The translations under genes were made by a program, and so were the position numbers. From NCBI GenBank assembly GCA_963555995.3, contig OY821641.1, forward strand, positions 608,001 through 672,000: a stretch of 64,000 nt of DNA, read 5' to 3'. Shown in pieces: positions 9,815 to 19,969 of the stretch (position 1 is the stretch's first letter; each line of letters starts with the position of its first letter). The stretch is from Vicinamibacteria bacterium. GTDB taxonomy: Bacteria > Acidobacteriota > Vicinamibacteria > Marinacidobacterales > Marinacidobacteraceae. Below the pieces are notes generated by a model. That model was given only the letters and a program-made list of their open reading frames with translations, was not told the origin of the DNA and made no database searches.

Positions 9815-11473
9815 GTGCGTTCGCCGGGCGCTCGCCGCCTGCTCCTCAGCGCCGTCCTCGGCCTCGCCGGGTGGTCCCCAGCGGCCCAGGAGAGGCTCCG
9901 CCTCGAAGACGTGACCGCCGGGTCGGGGGTCCGATTCCTCCACGACCCCGGAGACCTCTCCCGGTTCCCGCTGCCCGCGATCATGGGTTCCGGCGCCGCG
10001 CTCTTCGACGCGGACGGGGACGGGGACCTCGACCTCTACCTGATCCAGGCGGGCTCGCTCCCGGAGGACCGGGACGGGATCCCGGCTGCGGAACTCCCCG
10101 GCAACCGCCTCTTCCTCCAGCAGCCGGACGGCCGGTTCCGGGACGACGCCGGCGCGCGTGGGCTCTCCGACCGGGGTTACGGCGCCGGCGTGGCGGTGGG
10201 TGACGTGAACGGGGACGGCGGCGCCGATGTCTTCGTCGCGAACTACGGGCAGGACGCCCTCTACTTCGGGGGCGGTGGGTCGTTCGTGCGGATGGACGCC
10301 TCGGTGTTCGGGGAGCGCTGGTCCAGTGCGGCGGCCTTCTGCGACTACGACGGCGACACCGACCTCGACCTCTACGTGGGCGGCTATCTGGTGAACGACC
10401 CGGACCGGGACTGCGTCTCGGCCTCCGGCGAACCCGACTTCTGTTCCCCACAGAGTCTTCCCTACGAACGCGACGGGCTTTTCCGGAACCGGGGCGACGG
10501 GACCTTCGAGGATGTGTCCGGCGAGGCGGGGATCCTGGCGGAGCGCCGGCCGGCGCTCGGCGTCCTCTGCCACGACTTCACCGGCGACGGCCGGCCCGAC
10601 ATCTACGTGGCGAACGACGGCGAGCCCAACCTGCTCTGGGAACAGGCCGAAGACGGGACCTTCTCCGACGCCGCCCTCTTCCTCGGCGTCGCGCTGAATG
10701 CGCAGGGACGCTCCGAAGCCAGCATGGGGGTGCTGCTCGGGGACGTGGACGGGGACGCCGACCTCGACCTGTTCATGACGCACCTCCGCGCCCAGACGAA
10801 CACGCTCTACCGGAACCAGGGCGGCGGATACCTCGACGACACCGCGGCGCTGGGTCTGGCGCTCCCGAGTCTTCCGTGGACCGGGTTCGGAACGCGTTTC
10901 CTCGACCTGGAAATGGACGGGGACCTCGATCTGCTGCTGGTGAACGGCGCGGTCGCCCGGGAGGGCGGGACGCCGGCCGCCGGAGGACTCGATGTCTATG
11001 CCGAGCCCGCGCAGGCGTTCCTGGGCGACGGGAGCGGCCGTTTCGAGGAAGCGGCGGTCGGGGACTTCACCGGCGCCCGGTCCGTGGGCAGGGGGCTCGT
11101 CACCGGAGACTGGGACCGCGACGGGGACCTCGACGTCGTGGTCACCGCCGTGGGAGGGCCGGCCCGCCTCTTCGAGAACCGCTCGTCAAGGGAAGGCGGA
11201 TTCGTCGTCGTGGAGCCGCGCGAGTTCTCGCGGGCCAGCCCGGGCGCGGTGGTGATCCTCGAACTCGGCGGCCGGAGCCTCGTCCGCGCCCTGAACCCGG
11301 AGGCCGGCTACCTGACGAGCAGCGAGCCGGTGGCCCACTTCGGGGTTCCGCCGGGGGCGGAGATCACGGGCTTGCGGATCCGCTGGCCGGACGGCGCCGA
11401 GGAACGCTTCGAGCCGCCGGAACCCAACACCCGAGTGGCGGCGTCACGGCAGGCTCCCCCCCGAGTGCGTTAG
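9815..11473 (+). CDS. CRTAC1-family protein (FG-GAP/VCBS repeats plus ASPIC/UnbV)
   Basis: Repeated DxDGDGDLDL motifs, IMGSGAALFD, C-terminal HFG...IRWPDG. GTG start inferred. Confidence 0.85.
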   Translation: MRSPGARRLLLSAVLGLAGWSPAAQERLRLEDVTAGSGVRFLHDPGDLSRFPLPAIMGSGAALFDADGDGDLDLYLIQAGSLPEDRDGIPAAELPGNRLFLQQPDGRFRDDAGARGLSDRGYGAGVAVGDVNGDGGADVFVANYGQDALYFGGGGSFVRMDASVFGERWSSAAAFCDYDGDTDLDLYVGGYLVNDPDRDCVSASGEPDFCSPQSLPYERDGLFRNRGDGTFEDVSGEAGILAERRPALGVLCHDFTGDGRPDIYVANDGEPNLLWEQAEDGTFSDAALFLGVALNAQGRSEASMGVLLGDVDGDADLDLFMTHLRAQTNTLYRNQGGGYLDDTAALGLALPSLPWTGFGTRFLDLEMDGDLDLLLVNGAVAREGGTPAAGGLDVYAEPAQAFLGDGSGRFEEAAVGDFTGARSVGRGLVTGDWDRDGDLDVVVTAVGGPARLFENRSSREGGFVVVEPREFSRASPGAVVILELGGRSLVRALNPEAGYLTSSEPVAHFGVPPGAEITGLRIRWPDGAEERFEPPEPNTRVAASRQAPPRVR

Positions 11474-11491
11474 CCAGGATCACGCAGCAGC

Positions 11492-11687
11492 TTGGAACGC
11501 CGGCTTCAGCCGGCACGCGCGGCGCTCCGCGCCGCGCACGGCGTGACGTTGACCCGTGGCGTGATTCTTCTTCTGCACCAACCTGAACACACCGGGTATT
11601 CCTGTCACGGCGTCCCGTGAGGCCGAACAGCGGCACGTCGGCCGCGGGCCTCCGGCCCGCTGTGCCGGCTGAAGCCGGCGTTCCAAG
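11492..11687. repeat. Inverted REP doublet (REPIN-like)
   Basis: ttggaacgccggcttcagccggcac ... gtgccggctgaagccggcgttccaa between convergent genes. Confidence 0.85.
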
Positions 11688-11702
11688 CCGGCGGAGCGAT
11701 CA

Positions 11703-12209
11703 CTACGAACCGGCGCAGCCCGCCAGATCGCAGGACACGCCGACCGGTTCGCAGTCCGGCCCGCCGGCCCGGACTTCCAGTTCCGAGATCCACTCGATCG
11801 TCATGGTCTGGCGGAAGCCGTCCCCGAGCGGCGCGAAGGCCAGGTCCGAGACGAAGGCCCCGATGGTGGGGCGGAGGCCCGGGACGTCGAGATTGGCGCC
11901 CCCCGCTGGAACCTCGATTGTGTAAGGCGACACGAATTCCAACCCAACGTCGGGATCTTCGGTGTCGAGCGTCAGTTCGCCGCGCGCAATCACCGGGGCG
12001 TCGCCCGGACCGAGGAAGGCAACTTGGAGCGATAGTCCGGTGCAGGGCTCCAAGGGTTCGGGAGGCGGTTGGGCGGGAGGCGCAGGAGCGGGGGACGCGG
12101 GCGCTGGAGTTGGAGTCGCCGGCGTGGAAGTTCCCGTACAGCCCACGAGCGACAAAGTCCCGAGAACGATCACGCTGGCCGCGATTCGCCCCGCGCCACG
12201 GTTCGTCAC
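11703..12209 (-). CDS. Putative lipoprotein with Pro-rich linker
   Basis: GTG start overlaps the upstream stop; LSLVGC lipobox; PATPTPAP linker; Cys-rich C-terminus. Confidence 0.6.
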   Translation of the reverse strand: MTNRGAGRIAASVIVLGTLSLVGCTGTSTPATPTPAPASPAPAPPAQPPPEPLEPCTGLSLQVAFLGPGDAPVIARGELTLDTEDPDVGLEFVSPYTIEVPAGGANLDVPGLRPTIGAFVSDLAFAPLGDGFRQTMTIEWISELEVRAGGPDCEPVGVSCDLAGCAGS

Positions 12210-13288
12210 GGAGGCGCCTCCCGACCGTTTCGTACCACGATCTCCACATCCTCGAGTACCTGGCCCGCCTGGATGGAGACCCAGCGCAACCGGTCCCGGA
12301 ACTCCAGCGTGCCAGCTTCGGCCGCAAGGTCCAGCATCGCGCCGTACGCGTTTCGCCGCGTCACGAGGATCGGGTGGACCCAGAGCATCCAAGGGCCGGG
12401 TGAGAGACCCTCAAGGTGGAACTCGCCGTTCTCGTTGGCGAAAGCTCCCGGGCCCGGCCGGGTCGGAATGCCGTCCTCGCCCGGTCGGACCGCCTGCACG
12501 TACGCGTAAGGCGCGAGTTGCTCTTCCAGCACGACCCGCCCGCGGATGGAACCGCGCGACCCGGAAAAGCCGGGAGCCGCATAGAGCAGAGAGACAGCCA
12601 CCTTCTCGTCCTCGGATAGATCCAGCCTGTACGAGTTGGAGTACGACATCACCGGGTCGGGGAGGAACGACGGATCCGCAGTGACCGGCAGATCAGTCCA
12701 CAGCGGCATGGGGTGCGGTTCCGTGTGCCCGAGCCCCAGACAGTGACCCATTTCGTGAATCACCACGACCTCGAGGAGCCTCACCGGATCCTGTGGCGAC
12801 CAGTTCTTCACGAAATCTGGGTTCACCTCGATGTCGCATCCAGTGAGGGTCCCGCCGTCCCATCGCCACCGTGCGCCCGCCGTAACCCAGGTATCGCGGA
12901 AGAACTCATCGGACGAAAACCCGATCGTATTGATCCCGTCGTCGGCGCTCGCCTGGCTCGCAGCGACCGTGGCATCCTCCAACACCAGTTCGATTCGAGC
13001 CGTGGGGATCCTGGTCCAGTGGGCAAGGCCCCGCCGGGCGATCTCCGTCCAGGCCTCCTGGGTGATCCCGACATCCGCTGGGAGGTTGTCGTTTTCCAGC
13101 ATCCGGAATCGGAGGGGGAAGCGGGACGGGTCCCAGCGAACGGCTTCTTCTGGAGCGGCCAGCCGCCCATACCGGTTGGCTTCCGGGTCGTAAGACCAGA
13201 AGAAATACGCGTGCACCGGAATAGAGCCGCCGACCAACACAGCCAGGACTGCTGCGCCGAACCTGGTTCGGGGCGCTCTTCGCGTCAT
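12206..13288 (-). CDS. Secreted matrixin-family (metzincin) metalloprotease
   Basis: HEMGHCLGLGH, downstream Met-turn (PVMSY), signal peptide, C-terminal beta-sandwich-like region. Confidence 0.85.
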   Translation of the reverse strand: MTRRAPRTRFGAAVLAVLVGGSIPVHAYFFWSYDPEANRYGRLAAPEEAVRWDPSRFPLRFRMLENDNLPADVGITQEAWTEIARRGLAHWTRIPTARIELVLEDATVAASQASADDGINTIGFSSDEFFRDTWVTAGARWRWDGGTLTGCDIEVNPDFVKNWSPQDPVRLLEVVVIHEMGHCLGLGHTEPHPMPLWTDLPVTADPSFLPDPVMSYSNSYRLDLSEDEKVAVSLLYAAPGFSGSRGSIRGRVVLEEQLAPYAYVQAVRPGEDGIPTRPGPGAFANENGEFHLEGLSPGPWMLWVHPILVTRRNAYGAMLDLAAEAGTLEFRDRLRWVSIQAGQVLEDVEIVVRNGREAPP

Positions 13289-14367
13289 CGGGCCGGGCCC
13301 GCCTCGATCGGCGTGGAGAGCGTCCCGATTCCCTCGATCTCGATATGGACGGTCTGCCCGGGGCTCAGGAACTCGGGCGGCTCCCGCGCCGAGCCGACCC
13401 CGTCCGGGGTGCCGGTGGCGATCACGTCTCCCGGATGGAGGGTCACGATCTCGCTGGCGTAGGCGACGAGGTGCGCCACCGAATAGATCATGCTGGCGGT
13501 GGTGTCGTCCTGGACCACCCGGTCGCCAATCCGGGTGGTCAGGCGGAGCGCCTGCGGGTCGGGCAGGAAGGCGGCCGGCGTGACGTACGGCCCCATGGGA
13601 GCGGCGCGGTCGCCGCTCTTCCCGGAGAACCAGTCCGGCCCCGGCAGCATGGGGTTCTCGCGGAATCGTCCGCCGCGGTCGCTCACGTCGAAGACGACCG
13701 TGTAGCCGAACACGTGGTCGAGCGCCTGCTCCGGCGGCACCCGCAGGGCGGTCTTCCCGATCACCACCCCGAGCTCGCCCTCCCAGTCAATGCGGTCCCG
13801 GCCGGGCGGGATCCGGTAGGGCTCTCCCGGCCCGATGATGCCGGAGCGGGGGGACTTGGCGAAGAGGTAGGGCGCGTCCCGGTCCGGGTCCACGTCCTGC
13901 TCCACGTCCATCTCCGCGGCGTGGGAGCGGTAGTTGGCCGCCGCCGCCAGCAGGTGCGCGGGGTAGAGGAGCGGCGCGGTCAGGCGGTGGGGCTCGATGC
14001 GGAAGCGGAACCCGTCCTCGCGGCCCGCGAAGTGGTTCGCGAGCTGGTTCAGCCGGTTCCGCGCCCGGTCGCCGGCGGCGATGACCGCGATCAGGTCCGA
14101 CGGGAAACCGTAGGGCTCGGCGCTGATCTCGGTGGCGAAGAGCGCGTCGGCCGCGGCCAGGTCGAGGATCGTCTCCCCGATGACGATGGCCGGGCGGGGC
14201 GAACCGTCCCCGGCGTCGGACGCCCGGTAGGTGGCGAGCCGGTAGGGAGTGAGCGGCTCCGCCGAGGGCAGCGCGATGTCGCTCGTGCCGCCGCACCCCG
14301 CCAGGCCGAAGAGGAGCGCGGCCGCCGCCGGCATCCCGAAGAACGTGTTCCTTGGAGCCTCAACCAT
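13285..14367 (-). CDS. Fumarylacetoacetate hydrolase family protein with lipoprotein-like N-terminus
   Basis: DWEGELGVVIG, DVSDR and PGDVIATGTPDGVG motifs; LAGC lipobox. Confidence 0.85.
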   Translation of the reverse strand: MVEAPRNTFFGMPAAAALLFGLAGCGGTSDIALPSAEPLTPYRLATYRASDAGDGSPRPAIVIGETILDLAAADALFATEISAEPYGFPSDLIAVIAAGDRARNRLNQLANHFAGREDGFRFRIEPHRLTAPLLYPAHLLAAAANYRSHAAEMDVEQDVDPDRDAPYLFAKSPRSGIIGPGEPYRIPPGRDRIDWEGELGVVIGKTALRVPPEQALDHVFGYTVVFDVSDRGGRFRENPMLPGPDWFSGKSGDRAAPMGPYVTPAAFLPDPQALRLTTRIGDRVVQDDTTASMIYSVAHLVAYASEIVTLHPGDVIATGTPDGVGSAREPPEFLSPGQTVHIEIEGIGTLSTPIEAGPAR

Positions 14368-14403
14368 GATGCGATTAGCCTAACGAACCGCGGAGGAACT
14401 CCC

Positions 14404-14775
14404 ATGCTGCGTCTGCTTCTCGTCCTTTCCCTCGGTGCGCTGGTCGGTTTCGTGTCCGGTTCCCGGTTCGCGGGCGGCCAGGAGGCGCGCACCCGCCGCG
14501 AGCCCCAATTCGAGAACGAGCACCTGAAGGTCTGGAAGACCTACATCTACCCGGACCAGCCGCTCGCCATGCACCGGCACGAGAATGGCCGGGCCATCGT
14601 CGCCCTCCGCGGAGGGACGCTCCACGTGGTCACCGAGGCAGGCGACGAGAAGGCCATGCACTGGGAGAGCGGCAAGGCGTACTGGCTGGACGCCGACCCG
14701 CCCGGTGAGCTGCACGGCGACGTGAACCGGGGCGAGGAACCGATGGAGGTCATCGTCCTCGAGCTCCAGCGCTGA
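14404..14775 (+). CDS. Exported cupin-domain protein
   Basis: GGAGG RBS; signal peptide; FENEHLKVW, MHRH, ELHGDVN...VIVLEL cupin pattern. Confidence 0.75.
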   Translation: MLRLLLVLSLGALVGFVSGSRFAGGQEARTRREPQFENEHLKVWKTYIYPDQPLAMHRHENGRAIVALRGGTLHVVTEAGDEKAMHWESGKAYWLDADPPGELHGDVNRGEEPMEVIVLELQR

Positions 14776-14782
14776 GGAGAGC

Positions 14783-15835
14783 GTGGTGGAGCGCAGGCCG
14801 GTCGGGTTCGGCCTGATCGGGACCGGCATGGCGGGCGGTTTCAACGCCCGCGAGCTGGCGTTCGTCGAGGGCGCGTTCCTGGCGGCGGTCTGCTCCCGCG
14901 ATCCGGAGGGCGTGCACACTTTCGCGGCCGAGCACGGGAACCCGCGCGCAACCACCGACTACCGGGAACTGATCAACGACCCAGAGGTGGAGGTGGTGTG
15001 CATCACCAGTCCCACCGGCCTCCACGCCGAGATGACCCTGGCGGCGGCGGACGCCGGAAAGCACGTGCTGGTCGAGAAGCCGCTCGAAGCGACCGTCGAG
15101 GCGGGCGAGCGGATGGTCGAGCACTGCCGGAAGCGGGGCGTGCGCCTCGGCGTCATCTTCCAGATGCGTTTCGGACGGGTCGCGGACAGGCTCCGGGAAC
15201 TGCTCGGCAGCGGCGGGCTGGGCGAAATCTGGCTGGCGGACGCCTTCGACAAGGCCAGCCGCGCCCCGGCCTACTACCGGAAGGCGGCGTGGCGCGGCAC
15301 CGCCGCGCTCGAGGGCGGCGGCTGCCTGATGACGCAGTCCATCCACATCATTGACCTGCTGCAGCACCTCGTGGGACCGGTGGCCTCGGTGATCGGAAGG
15401 ACCGCCACCCGGCGGCACAACATCGAAGTGGAGGATCTCGCGACTGCGTTGCTCCGGTTCGAGAACGGCGCCATGGGAGTGGTGGAGAGCACCACCGCGG
15501 TCCGTCCGGCGCTCCGCTCGCGCCTCGAGATCCACGGGGAGCGGGGCACGGTGGTCGCGAACGCCCAGTACGACCAGTTCCTGGTGTGGGACGTGGACGG
15601 CGTACCGGGGCCGGAAGGGCTGCCGGAGACGGCCGACTGGGTGGATACCGACGATCCCTGGGCCTATCCGCAGACGCGCCACCGGGTCCAGCTCCAGGAC
15701 ATGGCGGACGCGGTACGGGAGGGACGGGACCCGGTGCTCACCGGCGAGGAGGCGCTCCGGTCGCTGCGGGTGGTGAAGGCGATCCAGGAGTCGAGCGCGC
15801 TGGGCCGTGAGGTGTTCCTGAAGAGCGCGCCGTGA
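14783..15835 (+). CDS. Gfo/Idh/MocA-family oxidoreductase
   Basis: GLIGTG, HVLVEKP and GGCLMTQSIHIID motifs. Confidence 0.9.
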   Translation: MVERRPVGFGLIGTGMAGGFNARELAFVEGAFLAAVCSRDPEGVHTFAAEHGNPRATTDYRELINDPEVEVVCITSPTGLHAEMTLAAADAGKHVLVEKPLEATVEAGERMVEHCRKRGVRLGVIFQMRFGRVADRLRELLGSGGLGEIWLADAFDKASRAPAYYRKAAWRGTAALEGGGCLMTQSIHIIDLLQHLVGPVASVIGRTATRRHNIEVEDLATALLRFENGAMGVVESTTAVRPALRSRLEIHGERGTVVANAQYDQFLVWDVDGVPGPEGLPETADWVDTDDPWAYPQTRHRVQLQDMADAVREGRDPVLTGEEALRSLRVVKAIQESSALGREVFLKSAP

Positions 15836-15877
15836 GCGTGGAGTCGCGCGGCTCAAGCGCCACGATGGCGCTGCCGG

Positions 15878-16041
15878 CTTGGAACGCCGGCTTCAGCCGG
15901 CACCCGCTGCGCGGAGCGCAGCGGACTGCACGACGCTCCCCCGCGTGATGGCGTTGGACTCTCGGTCCATCCCCTCGAACAGCGGCACGACATCCGCGCG
16001 GGCCTTCGGCCCGCGGTGCCGGCTGAAGCCGGCGCTCCAAG
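15878..16041. repeat. Inverted REP doublet (REPIN-like)
   Basis: Inverted REP pair; the spacer is clearly homologous to that of 60651-60812. Confidence 0.85.
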
Positions 16042-16107
16042 CCGTTTCCGCCGTCTGCCTCCGCTGCGGCGCGCGTTTTCGCGGCCGAAGGCCGGGGCGC
16101 TCCGAAG

Positions 16108-17403
16108 CTACGCCGCGTCCACCGCGAGGACGGCGCGCCGCAGCAGGTCCACGCCCCGGGCGCAGTCCTCCCAGGAGGTCCATTCCTCGGGCGAGTGGCT
16201 GATCCCGGCCCGGCTGGGGACGAAGATCATCGCCGTGGGGATGCCGTGGCGGGCGGTGTTCTGGGCGTCGTGGCCGGCGCGGCTCGGGAGCGACAGCGGC
16301 TCGTGCCCCGCCTCCCGCGCGACCCGGTAGAGGAGCGCCCGGAGGCCGGGATCCATGTCGGCGGGCGGCTCGCGGAGCGTCCGGTGGATCCCGACGGTGC
16401 AGTCCGTTGCCGCCGCCAGCCGGTCTCCCCGCGCGCCGATCCGCTCGATGATGTCGTCCACGACTTCGTCTTTCAGGTCCCGCAGCTCGATCGGGAACCG
16501 GACGGCGCCCGGTACCACGTTGGCGGCGTCGGGCGAGACGGCGAGCTGGCCCACGTTGCCGACCTGGTCTCCCGGCAGCGCCCGGATTTCCTGATGGACC
16601 GCCACGATCAGGTGCGCTGCCGTCAGCATGGCGTCCTTGCGCTCCGCCATCGGGGTGGTTCCGGCGTGGTTCTGGAACCCGCCGACGTTCACCTCGAACC
16701 GGTGGATCCCGACGATGCCCTCCACCACCGCGATCCGGCAGCCCTCCCGCTCGAGGTTTCCGCCCTGCTCGATGTGGAGTTCGAAGACGGCCCGCACCTT
16801 CCGCGGGTCGAGGACGGCGCGCTCCAGCGCCCTCGGATCGAGCCCGTAACGCTCGATCCACTCGTGGAGGCTGAGCCCGTCTTCCCCCACCCGGTCCAGT
16901 TCGCCATCGTGGACCGCCCCCGTCGCCGCCCGGCTCCCGAAGAGGCCGTTCCCGAAGTGCGCGCCCTCCTCGTCGCACCAGACGACCATCTCCAGCGGGT
17001 GGCGTGTCTCGATCCGCTGCTCGCCGAGCGCCCGCAGCACTTCGAGCGCTCCGAGCACGCCGAGGGTCCCGTCGTAGTGGCCGCCCTGCGGGACGGTGTC
17101 GAGGTGGGACCCGAAGAGGATGGCCGGCAGCGGCTCCTTTCCCTCGCGCCGGCCGAAGAGGTTGCCGGCGGGGTCGGTGCGCACCCTGAGGCCGGCGCCT
17201 TCCATCTCGCCGGTGATCCAGGCCCGGGCCGCGAGTTCCTCCTTCGAAAATGCGAACCGGTGGGCGCCGCCGCCGGGATGCGCCCCGAAGCGGGAGAGCG
17301 CGACGAGCGAGTCGCGGAGGCGTCCCGCATTGATGGCCAGGGGCGCTTGGCCGGGGTTCTCCGGGTTGGGAAACTTCTTGTCGCCGTTTAGTGTTATATC
17401 CAT
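16108..17403 (-). CDS. M20 Zn-dependent amidohydrolase (hydantoinase/carbamoylase family)
   Basis: GSHLDTV, DGTLGVL, DEEG, ELHIEQG, HAGTTPM, AGHDA and GISHSPEE motifs. Confidence 0.9.
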   Translation of the reverse strand: MDITLNGDKKFPNPENPGQAPLAINAGRLRDSLVALSRFGAHPGGGAHRFAFSKEELAARAWITGEMEGAGLRVRTDPAGNLFGRREGKEPLPAILFGSHLDTVPQGGHYDGTLGVLGALEVLRALGEQRIETRHPLEMVVWCDEEGAHFGNGLFGSRAATGAVHDGELDRVGEDGLSLHEWIERYGLDPRALERAVLDPRKVRAVFELHIEQGGNLEREGCRIAVVEGIVGIHRFEVNVGGFQNHAGTTPMAERKDAMLTAAHLIVAVHQEIRALPGDQVGNVGQLAVSPDAANVVPGAVRFPIELRDLKDEVVDDIIERIGARGDRLAAATDCTVGIHRTLREPPADMDPGLRALLYRVAREAGHEPLSLPSRAGHDAQNTARHGIPTAMIFVPSRAGISHSPEEWTSWEDCARGVDLLRRAVLAVDAA

Positions 17404-17441
17404 ACGGCGTCCATTCTCTCGCGGAGCCCCATCAAACCTCC

Positions 17442-18131
17442 ATGTTCTTCTTCGATCCCCTCTACTTCATCATGCTGGCCCCGGCCATCGCCCTCACCCT
17501 GTGGGCGACGTTCAAGGTCAAGCGCACCTTCGCCCGCTACAACCGGGTGCCGGTCTCGAGCGGGCGCAGCGGCCGGGAAACCGCCGAGTTGCTGCTTCGC
17601 CGGCAGGGAATCCAAATTCCCGTCGAGCAGCATCCCGGGGCACTCTCCGACCACTACGACCCCCGCGTCCGGGTGCTCCGCCTCTCGCCCGAGGTGTACA
17701 GCGGGCGGACCGTCGGGGCGGTGGCGGTGGCCGCCCACGAGGTGGGGCACGCCCTGCAGCACCACAGCGGCTACCAGCCGCTGATGTTCCGCCAGGTGCT
17801 CGCCCGGCCCGCGAGCTTCGCTTCCAGCGTCTCCTGGATCCTGCTGCTCGGCGGCTTCCTGCTGGGCGCCTTCGGGCTCGTCCAGCTCGGGATCGCGCTC
17901 TTCTCGCTGGTGGTGCTCTTCCAGGTGGTGACGCTCCCGGTGGAGCTGAACGCCTCGCGGCGGGCCAAGGCGCTCGTCTGGGACACCGGCCTGATCACCC
18001 CCGACGAGCGCCGCGGGGTGTCCCGGGTCCTGAGCGCCGCCGCGATGACCTACGTGGCCGCCGCGCTCACCGGCGTCGTGACCCTGCTCTACTACCTGCT
18101 GCGTTCGGGCCTGCTCGGCGGCGACGAGTAA
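17442..18131 (+). CDS. Membrane zinc metallopeptidase (YugP-like)
   Basis: LSDHYDP, AAHEVGHALQ, TLPVELNAS and AAAMTYVA motifs. Confidence 0.9.
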   Translation: MFFFDPLYFIMLAPAIALTLWATFKVKRTFARYNRVPVSSGRSGRETAELLLRRQGIQIPVEQHPGALSDHYDPRVRVLRLSPEVYSGRTVGAVAVAAHEVGHALQHHSGYQPLMFRQVLARPASFASSVSWILLLGGFLLGAFGLVQLGIALFSLVVLFQVVTLPVELNASRRAKALVWDTGLITPDERRGVSRVLSAAAMTYVAAALTGVVTLLYYLLRSGLLGGDE

Positions 18132-18147
18132 CCGCTCACCGGACAGC

Positions 18148-18179
18148 AAAAGGGGGCGGCCGCGCGGGCGGCCGCCCCC
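18148..18179 (-). terminator. Intrinsic terminator between convergent genes
   Basis: 12-bp GC stem (18152-18179) with TTTT on the minus strand. Confidence 0.7.
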
Positions 18180-18194
18180 ACGTGGTCTCTTGAC

Positions 18195-19862
18195 CTAGTT
18201 CTGTTCCGTGGTGGTCTCGCCGACCATGGCTTCGGCGTCCGCGAGCCCCGGGAGGTCCGGTCCCCGCTCCGGGGTCGCCAGGAGCTGCTCGTAGAAGCCG
18301 GCCGCCGCTTCCTCGTCACCGGTCGCGGCCGCGGCGCGCGCCGCGCCGTGCAGCGAATAGGGCCGCTTGGCGGTCCGCTCGAGCGAGACCTCGAAGACCT
18401 GGAGGGCTTCCTCTGCGGAGCCGGTATCGAGGAGCATCTCGCCGAGCAGTTCGTGCGCGGGCTGGATGGGCGCGTCAATGGGAGATTCCCCCGGAGGCCC
18501 GGAGGGCGGTTCCATGCTCTCCGCCACCATCACCGCCTTCCGGAAGGCGGCGATCGCTCCGTCCGTGTCGCCCTTCGCCCTGGCGATGAGACCCTCCATC
18601 TCGTTGGCCATCACGAGCGCCTGTTCCGCGCCCCGCGGGTTCTCGTCGCTCGCGAGCATCTCGTGGATCTTCTTGAGTCCCTCGTGAGCCTTCGTCGCCG
18701 TTTCGATGTCTCCGGTCCCGGCGGCGCTCGCCCCGCGTGCGTAGAGCATCGCTCCCGCGGTGCGGTGGCCGACCGTGGGTTCCTCGCTGTCGAGCTGCGC
18801 CACCAGGTCGTCCACCGGCTGGGGCTTCCACCGGCGGGTCTCGACCGTGTTCAGCGCGTCCATGCGCATCCAGGTCTCCTTCATGCCCGAGGTCATTTCG
18901 TCGCGCTGGGTGAGTTCCTCGAACTCGTCGAGGAGCTTCTGGCCTTCCTCGTAGCGGCCCTCCTGCAGGTAGGCGTAAAGCAGCCAATAGAGGGCGTGGT
19001 ACGAGTAGCGCGCCGGCGAGAGGCCCTTCCGCTCGGCGCGGTCCACCGAGGCCTGGTAGGAGCGGTCGTTGAGGCTGCGCACGTGGTCCCACATCCCGTG
19101 CTGCAGGAAGATGTGCGACGGCATGTGGAGCGCGTGGACGGCGGCCGGGGCGATGTCCGCGTACTTCTCGGCGGCGTAGAGCGCCACCGGGGCCTGCACC
19201 GGGTTGTCGAAGGCGTGGATCACGTAGTGCGCCGCGCCCGGATGGTCGGGGTTCTCGCGGAACACCCGCTGGGCGATGGCGCCCGCGCGCATGTCCACCC
19301 GCAGGCTCTCCGCGCCCCGCACCTTGGTGCGCATCAGGGCCAGGGAGTGGAACGCGGCGGCTTCGAGGTCGTCGGGATATGCGGCCGAGAGCTTGGCCAG
19401 CGCCTGCTCGTACCCCTCGCTCCGTTCAAGGACGTCGCCGGGTCCGTAGAGGATGTGGACCGATTCGAGGTATTGCTTCTCGCGGTCGGTGGGCGCCTTC
19501 GCGACGCGCTCCGCGCGCGTCTTGGCGAGCTTCAGCAGCGCCTCCCGGGCCTTCGACATGTCCTGCCCCGGCGGATAGTGGTGACCGCCGGAATGGCTGA
19601 GCGCTTCGCCCCAGTAGGCGAGGGCGAAGTCCGGGTCGGCCGCCTGGGCGCGCTGGAAGGCCTCGGCGGCGTCCTCCCACTCGAAGCTGTGGAGGAGGCG
19701 GACGCCGTCGAGGAAGTCCTGCTGGGCCGCCTCGTTGCCGGAGTTCGGGAAGTGGATGGTGCCGAGGCCGCTCGACTGGGCGAGCGCGAGGGGGGCTGCG
19801 AGAGCGAGGAAGGCCGCGCCCAGCGCAGCCCGCCTACAGATACAACGCGTACGGGAAGTCAT
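18195..19862 (-). CDS. Exported TPR-like protein
   Basis: AAGGAGA RBS; signal peptide; LLHSFEW, DPDFALAYWG, HPGAAHYVIH and HALHMPSHIF conserved motifs. Confidence 0.8.
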   Translation of the reverse strand: MTSRTRCICRRAALGAAFLALAAPLALAQSSGLGTIHFPNSGNEAAQQDFLDGVRLLHSFEWEDAAEAFQRAQAADPDFALAYWGEALSHSGGHHYPPGQDMSKAREALLKLAKTRAERVAKAPTDREKQYLESVHILYGPGDVLERSEGYEQALAKLSAAYPDDLEAAAFHSLALMRTKVRGAESLRVDMRAGAIAQRVFRENPDHPGAAHYVIHAFDNPVQAPVALYAAEKYADIAPAAVHALHMPSHIFLQHGMWDHVRSLNDRSYQASVDRAERKGLSPARYSYHALYWLLYAYLQEGRYEEGQKLLDEFEELTQRDEMTSGMKETWMRMDALNTVETRRWKPQPVDDLVAQLDSEEPTVGHRTAGAMLYARGASAAGTGDIETATKAHEGLKKIHEMLASDENPRGAEQALVMANEMEGLIARAKGDTDGAIAAFRKAVMVAESMEPPSGPPGESPIDAPIQPAHELLGEMLLDTGSAEEALQVFEVSLERTAKRPYSLHGAARAAAATGDEEAAAGFYEQLLATPERGPDLPGLADAEAMVGETTTEQN

Positions 19863-19969
19863 GAAGGTTTCTCCTTGAAGAATCGAGCGGAACACACCCT
19901 TGTACCAGACCCTCCGCGCGGTCGGCAAGCGAGTGGGGGAGCCGCGCTGACGAACCACGGGCAGCAGGG

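Noticed and set aside
4778-11473. TonB receptor-TPR-CRTAC1 cluster as a novel system
   Set aside because: This arrangement is common in Acidobacteria- and Planctomycetes-type genomes; nothing distinctive is visible here.
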